Counted from the whole stretch's first letter, positions 10,936 to 23,617 are shown. The stretch is DNA of 63,999 nucleotides, filler included, from Stramenopiles sp. TOSAG23-2 (GCA_900128395.1; 3 parts of 3 records of this genome joined end to end with filler, not necessarily neighbours in it); one strand, 5' to 3'. A program made the numbers and translations. Notes: generated by a model from the letters alone, not told the origin.

Positions 10936-11549
10936 TTTCGTGTTTTATTTTTCTTTCAATTCCGCTTATTTGTTTTATATTTATCTTTTATATTTATTTT
11001 GGACATAATCCAGGTAATCGAATGAATAATATGTTTTTTTTTGTGCAATCAATAATAATAAAAAAATACACCATAATAAAAATAATAAGTATATATATAA
11101 TAATTGTGGTATTCTATAATATAATATATCATCTTTTTTATACAGCCTATACCAAGTCCTGGAAGTAATGTATATAAATAGCTATCTGGCTATACTAGAA
11201 AAAAAAAAAATGCACCAAAAAAAATCCCTTGCACCATTCTCGATATAATAAAAAATATATTTAACTAAAACTAAACAATTTTATACGAAAATATATAATA
11301 TTAATTTAATACGACGACGCTCGTATATATAAATTTTATTGTGGTTAAAATGTAAAGTTATAATTATTAATTTTACTACACTTCTCGTGTTATTAAGTAA
11401 TATATGCTCAATACTCAATCGCAAGAATAATATTCTAATCCTACTATAGTAAAGCTCTAATGCACCTCTGCAAACTAATACTTCACAAGCACGAGTGTAA
11501 TATATTATAATATATAGCGTTTTCTTTGTTTTATTTTTGTGACATTTTT

Positions 11550-13832
11550 TTACAAATCATCAATATCATCTTCACTTCGATCACTTATGGCACTTATATC
11601 ATTAACATTTTGTACTTCTTCGTTGCCATCTTCCATATTTGTATTATTTAAAGATGAGTCGATACTTAAATGGTCAAATGATTCTAAACTCGCATCAGGA
11701 TCATCATTGTTATTACTGCTGTTGCTGCCTAATTTTCTTAATACATGGACACGGCCAACAAGACCTGAACCATTTAATGAAGTCGATGAACGGTCATTTA
11801 AAGTACGTTTTGTAGCTCGTTTACGTGCAGATACGTTATTGCGATTAGTTGCACCATTATTGTTAGTTGTATCAGTGCCAATTTTCCCGTTATTACTACT
11901 TGCAATACTAACATTATTGTCAACAACAACGCGATAATAATCTTCATCATCATCATCATCATCATCACTTTTCTCTAAATCCTCATCAAAACATTGTTGA
12001 TCATCAATTTCAATATCAACAACGTCAAGATCGTCGTCTCCAAATGTGCTATCATCTGCAGCAACCTTGCGATTTTCTTCGTTTTCCCTTCTGTTGTTGT
12101 TATTGTTATTATTATTATTATTATTAATACCTGATCTCACTTCTGCTTTTATTACCGATTTTATTGATGGATATCCACCGCTAACATTTGATGGCGCTTC
12201 AGTATGCTCCTCTTTCTCGTTTCCAACAGCAATATCTAATGAACGTTTAGCTTTGTTCAAATACATTAATGATAATTCCTGTAGCTCCTCGTAGTTGGTC
12301 TTCTTCGTAATTGTATTATTGCATATATTCGCTTCCCCTGTGTGTGATAAAATGGTACTATCTTTATTTTCCTTATTATCGCGTGTCTTCATGGCTTCAT
12401 CTATTTCTAGTTCCTCAGGTGTTTTTTCACGGCGCTCTTGTCGTCGGCCCTGATCCCAAACTTCATGAAATGTCGCTTGTAATAATATGCTTACATACGT
12501 ACCCTCGCCATGCTTGTTGCCAAATGCCCATGTACCTGTATAAGTATCGCCACTTCTATAAATGTATACACCTTTCCCGCATTGCTCACCAGTAAGCCAC
12601 ATCCCCTCGTACCTATCGCCATTTGCCCATTGGTATGTTCCAAACCCTTCCCTTTTATCATTTACATACATTCCCTCATGTCGATCTCCATTACGAAAGT
12701 ATTTAATACCCCAGCCATGTGCACGATCATCTTTCCACTCCCCATCGTAACAATCGCCACCATTCATAATCTTAATACCAATGCCAGACATTTTCCCATC
12801 TTCCCATTGCCCTTCGAATCGATCTCCATTTTGCCAAATATAAACGCCATACCCACATCTTCTGTCTTTCTTATATTCACCTTCATGACGATCACCACAA
12901 CTAAATTTCTTAATGCCGAGTCCATCTGCTTTATCATTTTCCCAATCGCCTATATAAACGTCACCATTCGCCATTTGTTTCCTACCACGGCCGTTCATTT
13001 TTCCATTGATCCAGCAACCCTCAAATTTGTCACCGTTTGGCCACAAATATTTTCCAGGGCCACACCTTTTATCATTTGCGTAATGTCCTTCATGAATATC
13101 ACCACATTGAAAACGTTTTATACCATGCCCATGTGCTTTGTCATCTTTCCATTCACCGTTATAAACATCACCACTTGCTAATTTTTTTACACCCATTCCA
13201 TTCATTTTTCCATCTTTCCATTTCCCTTGGTACACATCACCACGAGACCAAATAAACGTGCCTTCGCCTTGCATGATTCCACGATTCCAGTTGCCAATGT
13301 ATTTGTCCCCATTTGCCCATATGTACATACCCCAACCATGTCGTTTATCTCTTTCATAGTATCCTTCATGCACATCGCCCGTTTTTTTAAATGTTTTTTT
13401 ACCATAACCATGTGCCCTGTCTTCTTTCCATCCGCCAGTATAATGATTGCCATTCTTATCAATGTAAACACCTTGGCCATCTCGCTTGCCGTTTATAAAA
13501 TACCCAGAATAGGTGCCTTTCCCTTGATATTTTTTTTTATGATAAACCATTGGTTGAAACTCATCATTGGTATTATTATCGCCAAGTTGTAACTGCTGTT
13601 GTGGCGGTTGTACAATTAGATTATGATTGTTATTATTATCATTCGCGTGGTGAAATAAATCATCTCCGGCATCATCAGTAACCATAAAATTATTGTTACG
13701 AATACCATTTTGATGACCAGGATCTGCAAATTCTCGAGTTAAAGTACTTCCTTCTTCTTCTTCATTGTCACTACCATCAAACTGTTGTATAATATGTTCA
13801 TGTACTTCTTGCTGCGTATGGGAAGGATTCAT
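11550..13832 (-). CDS. MORN-repeat protein with acidic/Asn-rich tails
   Basis: about 15 tandem Y/HxGxWxxGxxxGxG repeats. Confidence 0.92.
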   Translation of the reverse strand: MNPSHTQQEVHEHIIQQFDGSDNEEEEGSTLTREFADPGHQNGIRNNNFMVTDDAGDDLFHHANDNNNNHNLIVQPPQQQLQLGDNNTNDEFQPMVYHKKKYQGKGTYSGYFINGKRDGQGVYIDKNGNHYTGGWKEDRAHGYGKKTFKKTGDVHEGYYERDKRHGWGMYIWANGDKYIGNWNRGIMQGEGTFIWSRGDVYQGKWKDGKMNGMGVKKLASGDVYNGEWKDDKAHGHGIKRFQCGDIHEGHYANDKRCGPGKYLWPNGDKFEGCWINGKMNGRGRKQMANGDVYIGDWENDKADGLGIKKFSCGDRHEGEYKKDRRCGYGVYIWQNGDRFEGQWEDGKMSGIGIKIMNGGDCYDGEWKDDRAHGWGIKYFRNGDRHEGMYVNDKREGFGTYQWANGDRYEGMWLTGEQCGKGVYIYRSGDTYTGTWAFGNKHGEGTYVSILLQATFHEVWDQGRRQERREKTPEELEIDEAMKTRDNKENKDSTILSHTGEANICNNTITKKTNYEELQELSLMYLNKAKRSLDIAVGNEKEEHTEAPSNVSGGYPSIKSVIKAEVRSGINNNNNNNNNNNRRENEENRKVAADDSTFGDDDLDVVDIEIDDQQCFDEDLEKSDDDDDDDEDYYRVVVDNNVSIASSNNGKIGTDTTNNNGATNRNNVSARKRATKRTLNDRSSTSLNGSGLVGRVHVLRKLGSNSSNNNDDPDASLESFDHLSIDSSLNNTNMEDGNEEVQNVNDISAISDRSEDDIDDL

Positions 13833-14245
13833 GATGTTATTTAGTGTAATAATACAAATTATTATTATTGTTGTTTACAGAAAAAATAAAAAAATTGTAT
13901 ACGTGTTGTAGAAAAACGTTTGTGCATACGTGTATATATATGTATATAAATAGAGAGAAAGAAATAAAAGATAAGTAAATGAAGAAATAGTTACTCTTTT
14001 CTATTGAATATGTTTTCTATATATGTGATTTAACAAATTATATTCTACTATTATTTTTAGTTGTATAAAATAATTATTATGATGTATGTACATATGATAC
14101 TACCATAGTTAATAGTATAATAATAACGATAAATAATAGTAGTAGTGCAAATAATATTAGTGACGATTTCAAGATTTTTGTCGTTATTGTTGTGTGATTG
14201 AAATTGCAGATAGAGCTATGTCCATCCTGTGTCATGTTTTTTTTC

Positions 14246-16315
14246 TTAAGGTGCTTGCCCTATAAGGCTTGCTGGGCTTAGGCTGCCACCAAAAAAAACA
14301 AAAATATAAAAAACGTTACCCCTCTTATTATACTGCACGAAAAAAATAGATATTATATCTACTGTATGGAAATCTTGTCCACTATATTGAGAGAACTCGT
14401 CCATAAATGCACCAAATAATAGGAAACATGCCAATGCAGCTGAACCAATCGAATATCCTTTCGTCATGGCTTTTGTTACGTTACCAGCAGCATCTAAACG
14501 ATCTGTCGTGTCCCTGACACTTTCTGGCTGTTGGCTCATTTCTGCAATACCACCAGCATTATCAGCGATTGGGCCGTAATTATTCATCGATAAGACATAA
14601 CCAGCTGTACTTAACATGCCCATGGTGGCAACAGCAGTACCAAACAACCCAGAATTTCGACCATCACCCAATCCAGTGCTTTTACCCAACATATATGCAG
14701 TAATCACAGCAACTGACACTGTTAATACAGGTATTACAGTACTTTTCATTCCCCACGCTGTGCCTACAATGATATTGGTTCCATGCCCACTAACACTTGC
14801 CTTTGCAATTGCACGTACAGGCCAATGCTCATAATCAGTGTAATATTTAGAGGAGTATGCAAATATCAATGCAGTAACCATACCAACCGCACCGCACATG
14901 GTGTAAGAAATCCAAGCACTTGGCGCTTTCTCGGTATATAACAACCAACGAGTGCAAATTGCAAATCCGATAAGGCCTAAGAGATTTGCTACGATAAAAC
15001 CACGATACAATGGTTTCATGGGATCTGAGCCGGATTGCTCTGCTGCTCTTCTAGTTACGGTTACGATACCAACTGTAGAAACGATAATGTTCAATCCATG
15101 TATGACTACAGGGAAGAAAATAAATCGTGATGCATTCTCAATATCACACTCATGTGCCAATACACCACCCAATATCATAGCACCAATAATTTCAGCAGAG
15201 ACACTTTCAAACACATCAGCGCTACTACCTACACAATCACCAACCATGTCACCTACTAAATCAGCTATCACAGCTGGATTCCGTGGATCGTCTTCTGGTA
15301 AATTTTGTTCAACTTTACCGACCAAATCAGCACCAACATCAGCTGCTTTCGTATAAATACCACCACCCAGTTGCATGAACATGGCAACGAATGAACCGCC
15401 GAAGCCATATCCTGTTAACAACAATGGCATATCAGCATTTGATAATCTTCCACCACTGCCATATAAGAAATAGATCGTAATGTATAGTATGGATATACCT
15501 CCGATACACATGGCAATTGCTAACACTGCACTAAATGCACCACCACGGAAGCATAATACCAACGCCTCGCCATAGGAACGACAGGCAGCACTTGTTACAC
15601 GTACATTAGCTTGTGCACTTACAATCATAGTAATATAACCACAAGCACCGGAACATGCAGCACCTATGAAAAATGTAATAGCAGCAAGCATTCCAAGCGT
15701 AAACCCACCCATCTTCTCCACAGCAGTTGGCTCAGCACTGGTAGGTCTCAAATAATAACTTAAAAATATTACGACAGCAACAAATATACTTAATTTGAAA
15801 ATTGCACCATATTGCACTTGCAAAAAACCTTCAGCTCCTTGTCGTATCGGATCACTAATAGCTCTCATTTCATGGGTCCCGTCATCTTTGCTTAAAATAT
15901 CCATGCATATCCAATATGCAAATACCAACCCATACATACATGCACTTAACACAAATATAACATGTGAAATGTCTGAGAATAATATCATACCAACAGCACA
16001 GAAAGCTAATATTGCCAAATAATATGGCATTGGATTAATCGGCTTTCTCGCATATGCACTAACAGCGTTTCCACCACCTCTATTATCATATACGTTGCTA
16101 CTTGGTGTAGCATGGCCACCTTCCATGGACATCATATTTTGAGGTGTATTATATTGTTGTTGACCATTATTAAATTGTTGCTGTTGTTGTTGTTGCGATG
16201 ATCGCGGCCGTAATCCTGAATTCCCATAATTTCCACCAGCATTTGAAGCATTTGTTTGTGGTGTTCCAAATCCAGGTTGTCTCATAGGATTTGTTGGTGT
16301 ACCAGATGGAAGCAT
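14246..16315 (-). CDS. membrane H+-translocating pyrophosphatase, K+-independent (AVP2-like), C-terminally truncated
   Basis: [51 protein letters not shown] (Lys = K+-independent); similarity ends after ..FHTVDI near 14355. Confidence 0.92.
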   Translation of the reverse strand: MLPSGTPTNPMRQPGFGTPQTNASNAGGNYGNSGLRPRSSQQQQQQQFNNGQQQYNTPQNMMSMEGGHATPSSNVYDNRGGGNAVSAYARKPINPMPYYLAILAFCAVGMILFSDISHVIFVLSACMYGLVFAYWICMDILSKDDGTHEMRAISDPIRQGAEGFLQVQYGAIFKLSIFVAVVIFLSYYLRPTSAEPTAVEKMGGFTLGMLAAITFFIGAACSGACGYITMIVSAQANVRVTSAACRSYGEALVLCFRGGAFSAVLAIAMCIGGISILYITIYFLYGSGGRLSNADMPLLLTGYGFGGSFVAMFMQLGGGIYTKAADVGADLVGKVEQNLPEDDPRNPAVIADLVGDMVGDCVGSSADVFESVSAEIIGAMILGGVLAHECDIENASRFIFFPVVIHGLNIIVSTVGIVTVTRRAAEQSGSDPMKPLYRGFIVANLLGLIGFAICTRWLLYTEKAPSAWISYTMCGAVGMVTALIFAYSSKYYTDYEHWPVRAIAKASVSGHGTNIIVGTAWGMKSTVIPVLTVSVAVITAYMLGKSTGLGDGRNSGLFGTAVATMGMLSTAGYVLSMNNYGPIADNAGGIAEMSQQPESVRDTTDRLDAAGNVTKAMTKGYSIGSAALACFLLFGAFMDEFSQYSGQDFHTVDIISIFFVQYNKRGNVFYIFVFFGGSLSPASLIGQAP

Positions 16316-16750
16316 TGTAAAACTTCCTATTTTTTGTCTTCCGTCAAAATGCTACTAATAAACGTAAATGATATAACTGAAATAAGAATAAATTCCACTC
16401 CGTCTTCCGTATTGTGTATTAATTACTTTGATAATATCTAGACTATGATATAAATATAAAACGTTGGATAGTGTAGTAATTAAAAATAATAGAATTTCTA
16501 TTGAATTCTATTTTTTTAACTGTAGCTATCAATTCATTTTATAGCAGTACTACCAGTAAATAGTAAATTCTTATTGTGATGAAATGATCATGTGCTTGTG
16601 TCGTTAAAAAAGAATAATATTTGGGAGGAGGACTATAATAATGTTTCGACCTGTGTTGTAAATACTCAATTAAACGACATAAATAATATGGGCCACGGAC
16701 TTTTTCAAAATCAAAAAGAATTACCAGGTGCCCAGAATTGTTATTGTATG

Positions 16751-17445
16751 TTAACCTTCTCGTCGGGGGACTTTTAGAAGCGGTCATATATGACCGCTTT
16801 CCGGAAAAAATAATTATTTTAATGCTATGATTATACTATAAATTAATATAATGTAATACTATTAAATTTATATCACATAAAAAAAATATGTAAAAAATTA
16901 ATTATTTCCGATTTTTACTTCCCTATATACAGCCAATACTTAGTATAGGGAAGCGTACTTGTTAGTGTTATTTTCATATTGAAAATTCCCCCCCCGGCTG
17001 TACTTGTGATACTTAATTAGAGAACCACAACCATGAACCAATCTTACATTTTCCAAACACATGCCCTGTTTGATCAATTTAGAAGCGGTCATATATGACC
17101 GCTTCCACTTTAAGCGCTCTCTATTGATATTGTTGGAAATGTTATTTGTTTATTCTTATGTTTATTACATGTTTTATCCAATCCTTAACGTTTTGTTGTA
17201 ATTGAATATTCTTGAAGTTGTTTTTTTTCATTTTAATCTGTGCAAATTGATTAGACTACATAAAAAATCCCCTATCAAAACTGTCTCTTTTCTTTGCCGA
17301 AATTAAAATAGACTAATGTTTTCCATTTACACTAATAGAATGGGAATAGCAAGCAGCGATAAAAATACTATACGAAAAATGTCGGAAATTGAAGCGGTCA
17401 TATATGACCGCTTCCTTCAAAAAAGTCCCCCGACGAGAAGGTTAA
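16751..17445. mobile_element. non-autonomous piggyBac-like element (MITE), 687 bp plus TTAA target duplications
   Basis: TTAA 16751-54; TIR CCTTCTCGTCGGGGGACTTTT 16755-16775; exact reverse complement 17421-17441; TTAA 17442-45; no long ORF. Confidence 0.9.
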
Positions 17446-17788
17446 TGTGCCCTTCAAAATGATAATATGCTCCTTAGGTTTATATGGGAATAGCATTAAG
17501 TAACATGTTATTCACGGAGATTTTTTTAGATTATTTTGTGTGGTTTGTTTGTTGTTGGCAAGCAAGTTTTGCATAATAATATTATTAAATATTTTACATG
17601 TAGTGCTCGTGTATAAAATATATATTGTTTTAGAGATAGAAATATCATAGATATAATCATTATCGTACAAACAACATATATATATAGATAGATAGAGAGA
17701 AAGACCTATATATAAATACCATTGTGAACAAATTTTTGACATTTCGTTAGGTTCAATTTCTTTAAAATTTAAATCGTTATCAGTTTCA

Positions 17789-19735
17789 ATGAAAGCGTTG
17801 TATAGATTAGCAATAGGTGGAAAACAATCAAAGCACCCGACGAATGATACCAACGATAACAAGCAAAATACAACTACAACGGATGAGCAGAAAGAGAAAC
17901 TTAGCCTTGGTTTAAACATATCGTCAGCAAGTACTACTAATAATGATACGAAACCTAAGCAAACGTCTTCGTCAATGTCATTAGGTCTGTTACCATCAAA
18001 GGGTGGTGGTGAAATACGTCAACCAACGGTATCTGTAGTTGGAAATAGGTCTTTAGCCAATAATAATAGTAATAACCATAATAATAATTTTGATAATAAT
18101 AATAACAATAGTAATAACTGCAGGAATTACGATAATGTCGAAAATTTAAAGATAAACAAAAATACGATTAATACCCCAACAAATTTCAATAACCCAGCGC
18201 TAACTTCACGTGTTGGAATTGATGAAACACTTGATACATCTAGAGGAAGAAGTGAAAAACCGAATGTTACGATAAATAATATTGCCGCAGCTGCAAATAT
18301 TATGGGTGAAACTGAACGTAAATCTTTAAAACTAGCTGCAGTTGAAAATGAATGTAGTGAAATTCTTCCATATCTATTTGTGTCTGGTGAAGCTGTTGCA
18401 AGAAATTTAAAATTATTACAATCAAAAGGTATAACAGATATTATCAATTGTGCTGGTGTTGAGTGTAAGAATTATTTTGAAAATAACTTTCGTTATGTAA
18501 CTATCAAACTTTCAGATAGTAAGACGGCACGTATTGATCGTTACATATATGCAATAATCAACCAGGTAGAAGCAATTAGGAAAAATGGTGGCCGTGTATT
18601 GATCCATTGCTGGCAAGGGGTTTCCCGCTCGGTTTCATTTGTCGTAGCATATTTAATGTGGCAACAAAATTTAACCTTCGAAAATGCAAAGAGCACTGTC
18701 CGTAAAGTACGAAATGTTGCACGTCCAAATATGGGATTCCAATGCCAATTGATGGAATGGCGACGTTTACGAAATGAAACGTTTGAACAATTAGATTCTC
18801 GTCTATATGCGTTGTTATACGATAAAAATATTACAGGTATATCCTCTAATATTCTTCCACAACTATGTTTAATGGAAAATTCCACTAAATCCTGTGTACC
18901 TCAAGTTAAATATTTAGATCCAAGGGGATGCTTCTTGTTGCATACAAAAGGCCCAATTACGTCTAATGAAGAAGGGGAAGAGATGCAACAACAAAAACCA
19001 TGTTTGTATATATGGAAAGGTATCGAATGTAATAGTAAGGTTATTGAAAAAATGCAAGAACAAATTAATGGCATATGCCGAAATTTAATGGAAAATGAAA
19101 TTGGGGCGAAAGATGCGAAAGTTGTTTATGTAGGTTCTATGAGTGATGATGATGTATTTAGCAAGAACACAGAAATTACTTATAGTAAACCATCGGATGA
19201 AAAGCATTTTTGGTCATGTCTTGGTTCGGATGATACTAGCGATAAATCAATAACAAAACAAGCATCATATGATACGTTTTGGGATGCGACGAAGGCGCTG
19301 GGAGTGGAAATGGGATCGTTAGAAACCGTGAATGAAAATCTTAACAACACTGCTAGCAATGATATTAATAATAGCACCAGTGATGATGGAGATGATGGAG
19401 AAATTGCTCTATATAAATATACAGGAGCGATAGAAAAGTTTGAATCCGATAATAAATGGGAACATTTATATGGTTATGAATGGGAAGATTTAGGAGATAA
19501 TAATGCAAGTGAAGATATATTTTTGATTGCAAATAAATCGAAAGCATATTTATTTATTGGTGCAAAGTGCACTTATTCTTTCGTAAAAGAAACACCTGCA
19601 AGTATTCACGCATGCATCAATGATGTAATTTTAAAAGCTGGCGATTTGTCATGGACAGGTAAAAATATTATAGTTGTCATGGAGCAATTAGGATTATCTG
19701 ATGAATTTTGTGATTTCTTTGAACTAGGAATGTAA
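17789..19735 (+). CDS. dual-specificity phosphatase with gelsolin-like C-terminal region (MKP1-like)
   Basis: IHCWQGVSRS catalytic loop, RPNMGFQCQL; LDPRGCFLL..LYIWKG and AYLFIG gelsolin-like segments. Confidence 0.88.
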   Translation: MKALYRLAIGGKQSKHPTNDTNDNKQNTTTTDEQKEKLSLGLNISSASTTNNDTKPKQTSSSMSLGLLPSKGGGEIRQPTVSVVGNRSLANNNSNNHNNNFDNNNNNSNNCRNYDNVENLKINKNTINTPTNFNNPALTSRVGIDETLDTSRGRSEKPNVTINNIAAAANIMGETERKSLKLAAVENECSEILPYLFVSGEAVARNLKLLQSKGITDIINCAGVECKNYFENNFRYVTIKLSDSKTARIDRYIYAIINQVEAIRKNGGRVLIHCWQGVSRSVSFVVAYLMWQQNLTFENAKSTVRKVRNVARPNMGFQCQLMEWRRLRNETFEQLDSRLYALLYDKNITGISSNILPQLCLMENSTKSCVPQVKYLDPRGCFLLHTKGPITSNEEGEEMQQQKPCLYIWKGIECNSKVIEKMQEQINGICRNLMENEIGAKDAKVVYVGSMSDDDVFSKNTEITYSKPSDEKHFWSCLGSDDTSDKSITKQASYDTFWDATKALGVEMGSLETVNENLNNTASNDINNSTSDDGDDGEIALYKYTGAIEKFESDNKWEHLYGYEWEDLGDNNASEDIFLIANKSKAYLFIGAKCTYSFVKETPASIHACINDVILKAGDLSWTGKNIIVVMEQLGLSDEFCDFFELGM

Positions 19736-20119
19736 TGAGTATTCGTAATCATATCATATAATCTGTGTAGAGAGCTTGAGAGATATGACGTATGCTATAT
19801 TACATAAAAAAATATGTGAGAGGTACGAACCGTAAAAGTTTTTTAATGCACACGCACTTTATTTACGTACGAAGTCTATATTTTAATATATATATATATC
19901 ATAATATATACGACTTCTTCGTACTGTTGGTACAATTTTACTCCCCGGTACAATTTATTCTCCCGCCTTCCTATATGATGTTCGTTTTCCATCAACTGCA
20001 AGTTGATACGAACCGTTCGTACCTCTATTTACCTTCGTTTGTTCGTACATTCTAGAAGAAAGACTTTCTCACAACCAATCCCACACTTCTTTCTATCTTT
20101 TCTCTTCTCTCTCTCCTTT

Positions 20120-21424
20120 TTATATCTTGATTAATACTCTTCCTACACGACTATTTTCATTTTCTAACAAACGATGTGCTTCACGTATTTGACTTAAATT
20201 AAACGAGGTACATGGTAATGGTCGTAATTTACCTTCCGCAACACTTCTCATAACTGTATCTAATATATGCATAAATTTACCTTGTTTGCTTGGACTTAAT
20301 AACCATGCTTGTGTAAATATAAACGATATAGATCCATTTTTTAAATTTAAAATCTCTGTTTCATCTGGATCTAATTGCATACTTTTCGATCTAGTTACCC
20401 AACTACCATGTGCACCTAATGATTTTATTAACGAACGTTTTCGTTGTATTGGATCTAATACTAATGTGGATGATGTATTATTCAAAAATGATGTCGAGGA
20501 AGATGATGTAGTAGATGATGAAGATGTTTTTGTCACTGGTAAACCAACAAATGCCATTTGTTGAATATTATTATTATTATTATTATTATCAACATGATTA
20601 TTTTCATTTCCATTGTTAAATGGATTACCAAATGGATTCGTATCACTCCTTACTACTTCATCAACTTGTACATTTACATTTGTTGTTGATTCTACATTTT
20701 TTTGATAAACATTTTCATCTGAATAAATAACTTTTGTTTCTACAATATAATCTACACCAATACCATCCGTTTCTTCCATAATTATTTCAGCAACATCTTC
20801 TTGCAATTCATCTATTACACGTGCAACAGTATTTCCAAACACTTCTAAAAACGATACATGTTCTTGTGAACATGCTGTAACAAATATACGCAGACCAAGT
20901 TCAGCAGCATATTGTATTAAGACAAACCCTTCTGGGGAGGCACCATCACAAATTAAAATAGATGAATTACGGTCTACTTTAAGATTATAATGTAATGCTG
21001 TGATACTAAAAACACCTGGTCCAATCGCCATGGCGGCATCATCATCTAATACTAAATTTGGCTTTTTGATGACACTATGTTCATTTACAATCACATATTC
21101 AGCACATGCACCCGTACGTTTTGTAATAGAACATAATCCACATACTTCATCATTTATTTTGACATTGGTTACTGCAGTTCCAATATTTTCTACTGTCCCA
21201 GCAAATTCATAACCTAATATATATGGTTGTTTATTATTTTGAAAATCATCTTCTTGTATCTTCTCCCATTCCCCTTTTCTAACTTCTACATCTAATGCAC
21301 TTAAAGCAACGGCCGTTATACGGATCAAAACTTGCTCTGGATTACTGATTATCGGCTTTTGTATATTTGTATAATAAATTAATGATTCTGGACCACCATA
21401 TTGTTTTAAAATGGCAGTTTTCAT
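20120..21424 (-). CDS. CRYZL1: quinone oxidoreductase-like protein 1 (MDR fold)
   Basis: ILGYEFAG, GACAEY; C-terminal QLDPDE..LKNGSISF..AWLLSPSKQGKFMHIL resembles CRYZL1. Confidence 0.72.
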   Translation of the reverse strand: MKTAILKQYGGPESLIYYTNIQKPIISNPEQVLIRITAVALSALDVEVRKGEWEKIQEDDFQNNKQPYILGYEFAGTVENIGTAVTNVKINDEVCGLCSITKRTGACAEYVIVNEHSVIKKPNLVLDDDAAMAIGPGVFSITALHYNLKVDRNSSILICDGASPEGFVLIQYAAELGLRIFVTACSQEHVSFLEVFGNTVARVIDELQEDVAEIIMEETDGIGVDYIVETKVIYSDENVYQKNVESTTNVNVQVDEVVRSDTNPFGNPFNNGNENNHVDNNNNNNNIQQMAFVGLPVTKTSSSSTTSSSSTSFLNNTSSTLVLDPIQRKRSLIKSLGAHGSWVTRSKSMQLDPDETEILNLKNGSISFIFTQAWLLSPSKQGKFMHILDTVMRSVAEGKLRPLPCTSFNLSQIREAHRLLENENSRVGRVLIKI

Positions 21425-21949
21425 GGTTGTGTGTGTGTGAAATGGTAATTATATATATATTATATATATCTATTTGATACAATCTTGTTTCGTATTTCAA
21501 TGAATTCTTCAATAATAATTAATTATTTTATCTATGTATATTTAATATTAAAAACTACGTTCAATATATATATGCATGTCTTTCTAATTTGTATATTTTG
21601 ATTGACTCTTTTGCAGATATATTCATATATATGTTTATTCAATCAAACAGTTAAAAAATTTCTTCTGGTTTTCCGTCGTTCAAATATGGTTTAATAAATG
21701 GTAGAGGTAGTCAATTAGAAAAGTGAAAAATAATATATATGTATAGAAAGGAATTGATATCACGGATCATAACAATCATCTTTATAATTTTCAAACAAAA
21801 AAGGGAAAAAGAAATATCATTTATAGAATAAATATCTTCTTTTATTATTTTGTTATACATACGTTGTTGAATATATATAATAAATCATTTAATTTTTTTA
21901 TATTTTTCATTAATAATACTAATAATTACTTTTCAAAAACAATTATAAC

Positions 21950-23034
21950 ATGTCTGGTACAGCAAATAATTCTACAAATGCATCTGATGTTGGTTTAATT
22001 GTTCAAGGAACATTGATATTTCTATCAGCAGTAGTAGGTGTTTTGGGATATGTTATACAATCAAGGCTTAGTCAAAAAGAAGCTGCAAGGCAATTATTAA
22101 TTCAACAAAAAGAACATGGACGTCAGTTGAAATTGAAAAGGGTTAGGCAACAAATTGAAATTTTTGTTGGACCTGCATTAGCATATATAGATGCATATGG
22201 AAGATTATTTGCAAGATCAATCATGCATTATTTCAATCCAGGATTCAATTTTAACCAACTGTCAGAAGAAATCATGGGATTTCCTATGACAAATTGGGGT
22301 ACCATGGATGTTTGTTATGGTCAAGGTTGGATGTTAACAAAAGAAAATGAAAAAATTGTTTTAAATGACCCGGAAGGGGAAATGGCAAAACGTTATCGTG
22401 ATATTACTCGTGTTATTATCTATAAATATTTAGAACCATTAAGTAAATTGATCATGGAACATGGTAATGCACAGCAATTTCGACCATCAATGGCAGATTT
22501 TAAAAAGCAATTTCCTGGTTTAGCAAATGCAAATCGTCCTAGACATCTTGTATTATACGATATGAAAATTTGGACCGATGAATTTCTATATAGTAAGTTT
22601 ATATATATGTCACATCTGTTGCATTTAATTAATAATTTTTTTCTTTCTATTGTTATATATATATAGTATAGTTCAGATATATATGGCAGATTCAAAACTA
22701 TCACACATCCATACTAACAACCACAACAACAACTTCACCAATCACGCGATATACTTATATAGTTATAGAAAGTCATTGGGATAAAGGGGATTATAAGATC
22801 TTGTATCCAAAAGCATGTAAATTATCAATAGCTACATATCCATATTTATCTACGATGTTGGAAAATTTATTAAAGGAGGAAAAAGAATTAACAGTTGGTG
22901 ATTTTGCAGAGCATCATACAAGAGAGGATGATGATATTAATGATAGTTTACAAAAATTGAAAAATATCAATTTTACAAAAACTACAACATATGCAACCAC
23001 GGACAAAGATACAAAGGTGGAGATTAAAAAATAA
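21950..23034 (+). CDS. hypothetical single-pass membrane protein, 2 exons (21950-22592, 22763-23034)
   Basis: GTAAGT donor 22593, TACTAAC 22712-18, TAG acceptor 22762; splicing joins the two ORFs in frame (..EFLY-I-IESHWDKG..). Confidence 0.75.
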
Positions 23035-23517
23035 AAAAACATATTTTAGAGTGTGTATAATATGTACATGTAACATTAACATTTCTGGTGTGTTATGTGT
23101 GAAAAATATTAATAAATATTTACACGCGACTGGCGTTCTACTGGACTTTTGACAACGATATAAAGGTGGGTCATATCAATATATCACACACACCTTCTTA
23201 CATCTTTTTCTTCAACTACTCCTTTGTTACTTTTATAATTTATGAAAGATAATTTATGTTCTTTCAATGGTAATTATAATTCTTATTCACCTTTTTCTTT
23301 TTATAACTGCTGCAGTGTGTGGTGAATTTAAATTGTTTTAGTTTGTTGTTGAAGTAAAGACGGACTTTTTTTTTATATGTTGATGAGGCGATTTTATACC
23401 TTTTATTCGATGGAACAACGAAAGAATATATGTAATAAAAGGAAAAGGTATTCATGTGGCAAATAGGAAAATGAACAAATACCAAAACGGGAAGGAGAGA
23501 AAAACAAGAAAAGATGA

Positions 23518-23617
23518 NNNNNNNNNNNNNNNNNNNNNNNNNNNNNNNNNNNNNNNNNNNNTTAATTAATTAANNNNNNNNNNNNNNNNNNNNNNNNNNN
23601 NNNNNNNNNNNNNNNNN
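23518..23617. other. artificial contig linker
   Basis: N44-TTAATTAATTAA-N44, stops in all six frames. Confidence 0.97.

Noticed and set aside
16778-17414. Three spaced palindromes as a CRISPR array
   Set aside because: Spacers of about 285 bp, enclosed by TIRs, eukaryotic context, no cas genes
23562-23573. TTAATTAATTAA as a biological palindrome or TSD (also 47150-61)
   Set aside because: Identical, centred in N44 runs: a synthetic six-frame stop linker
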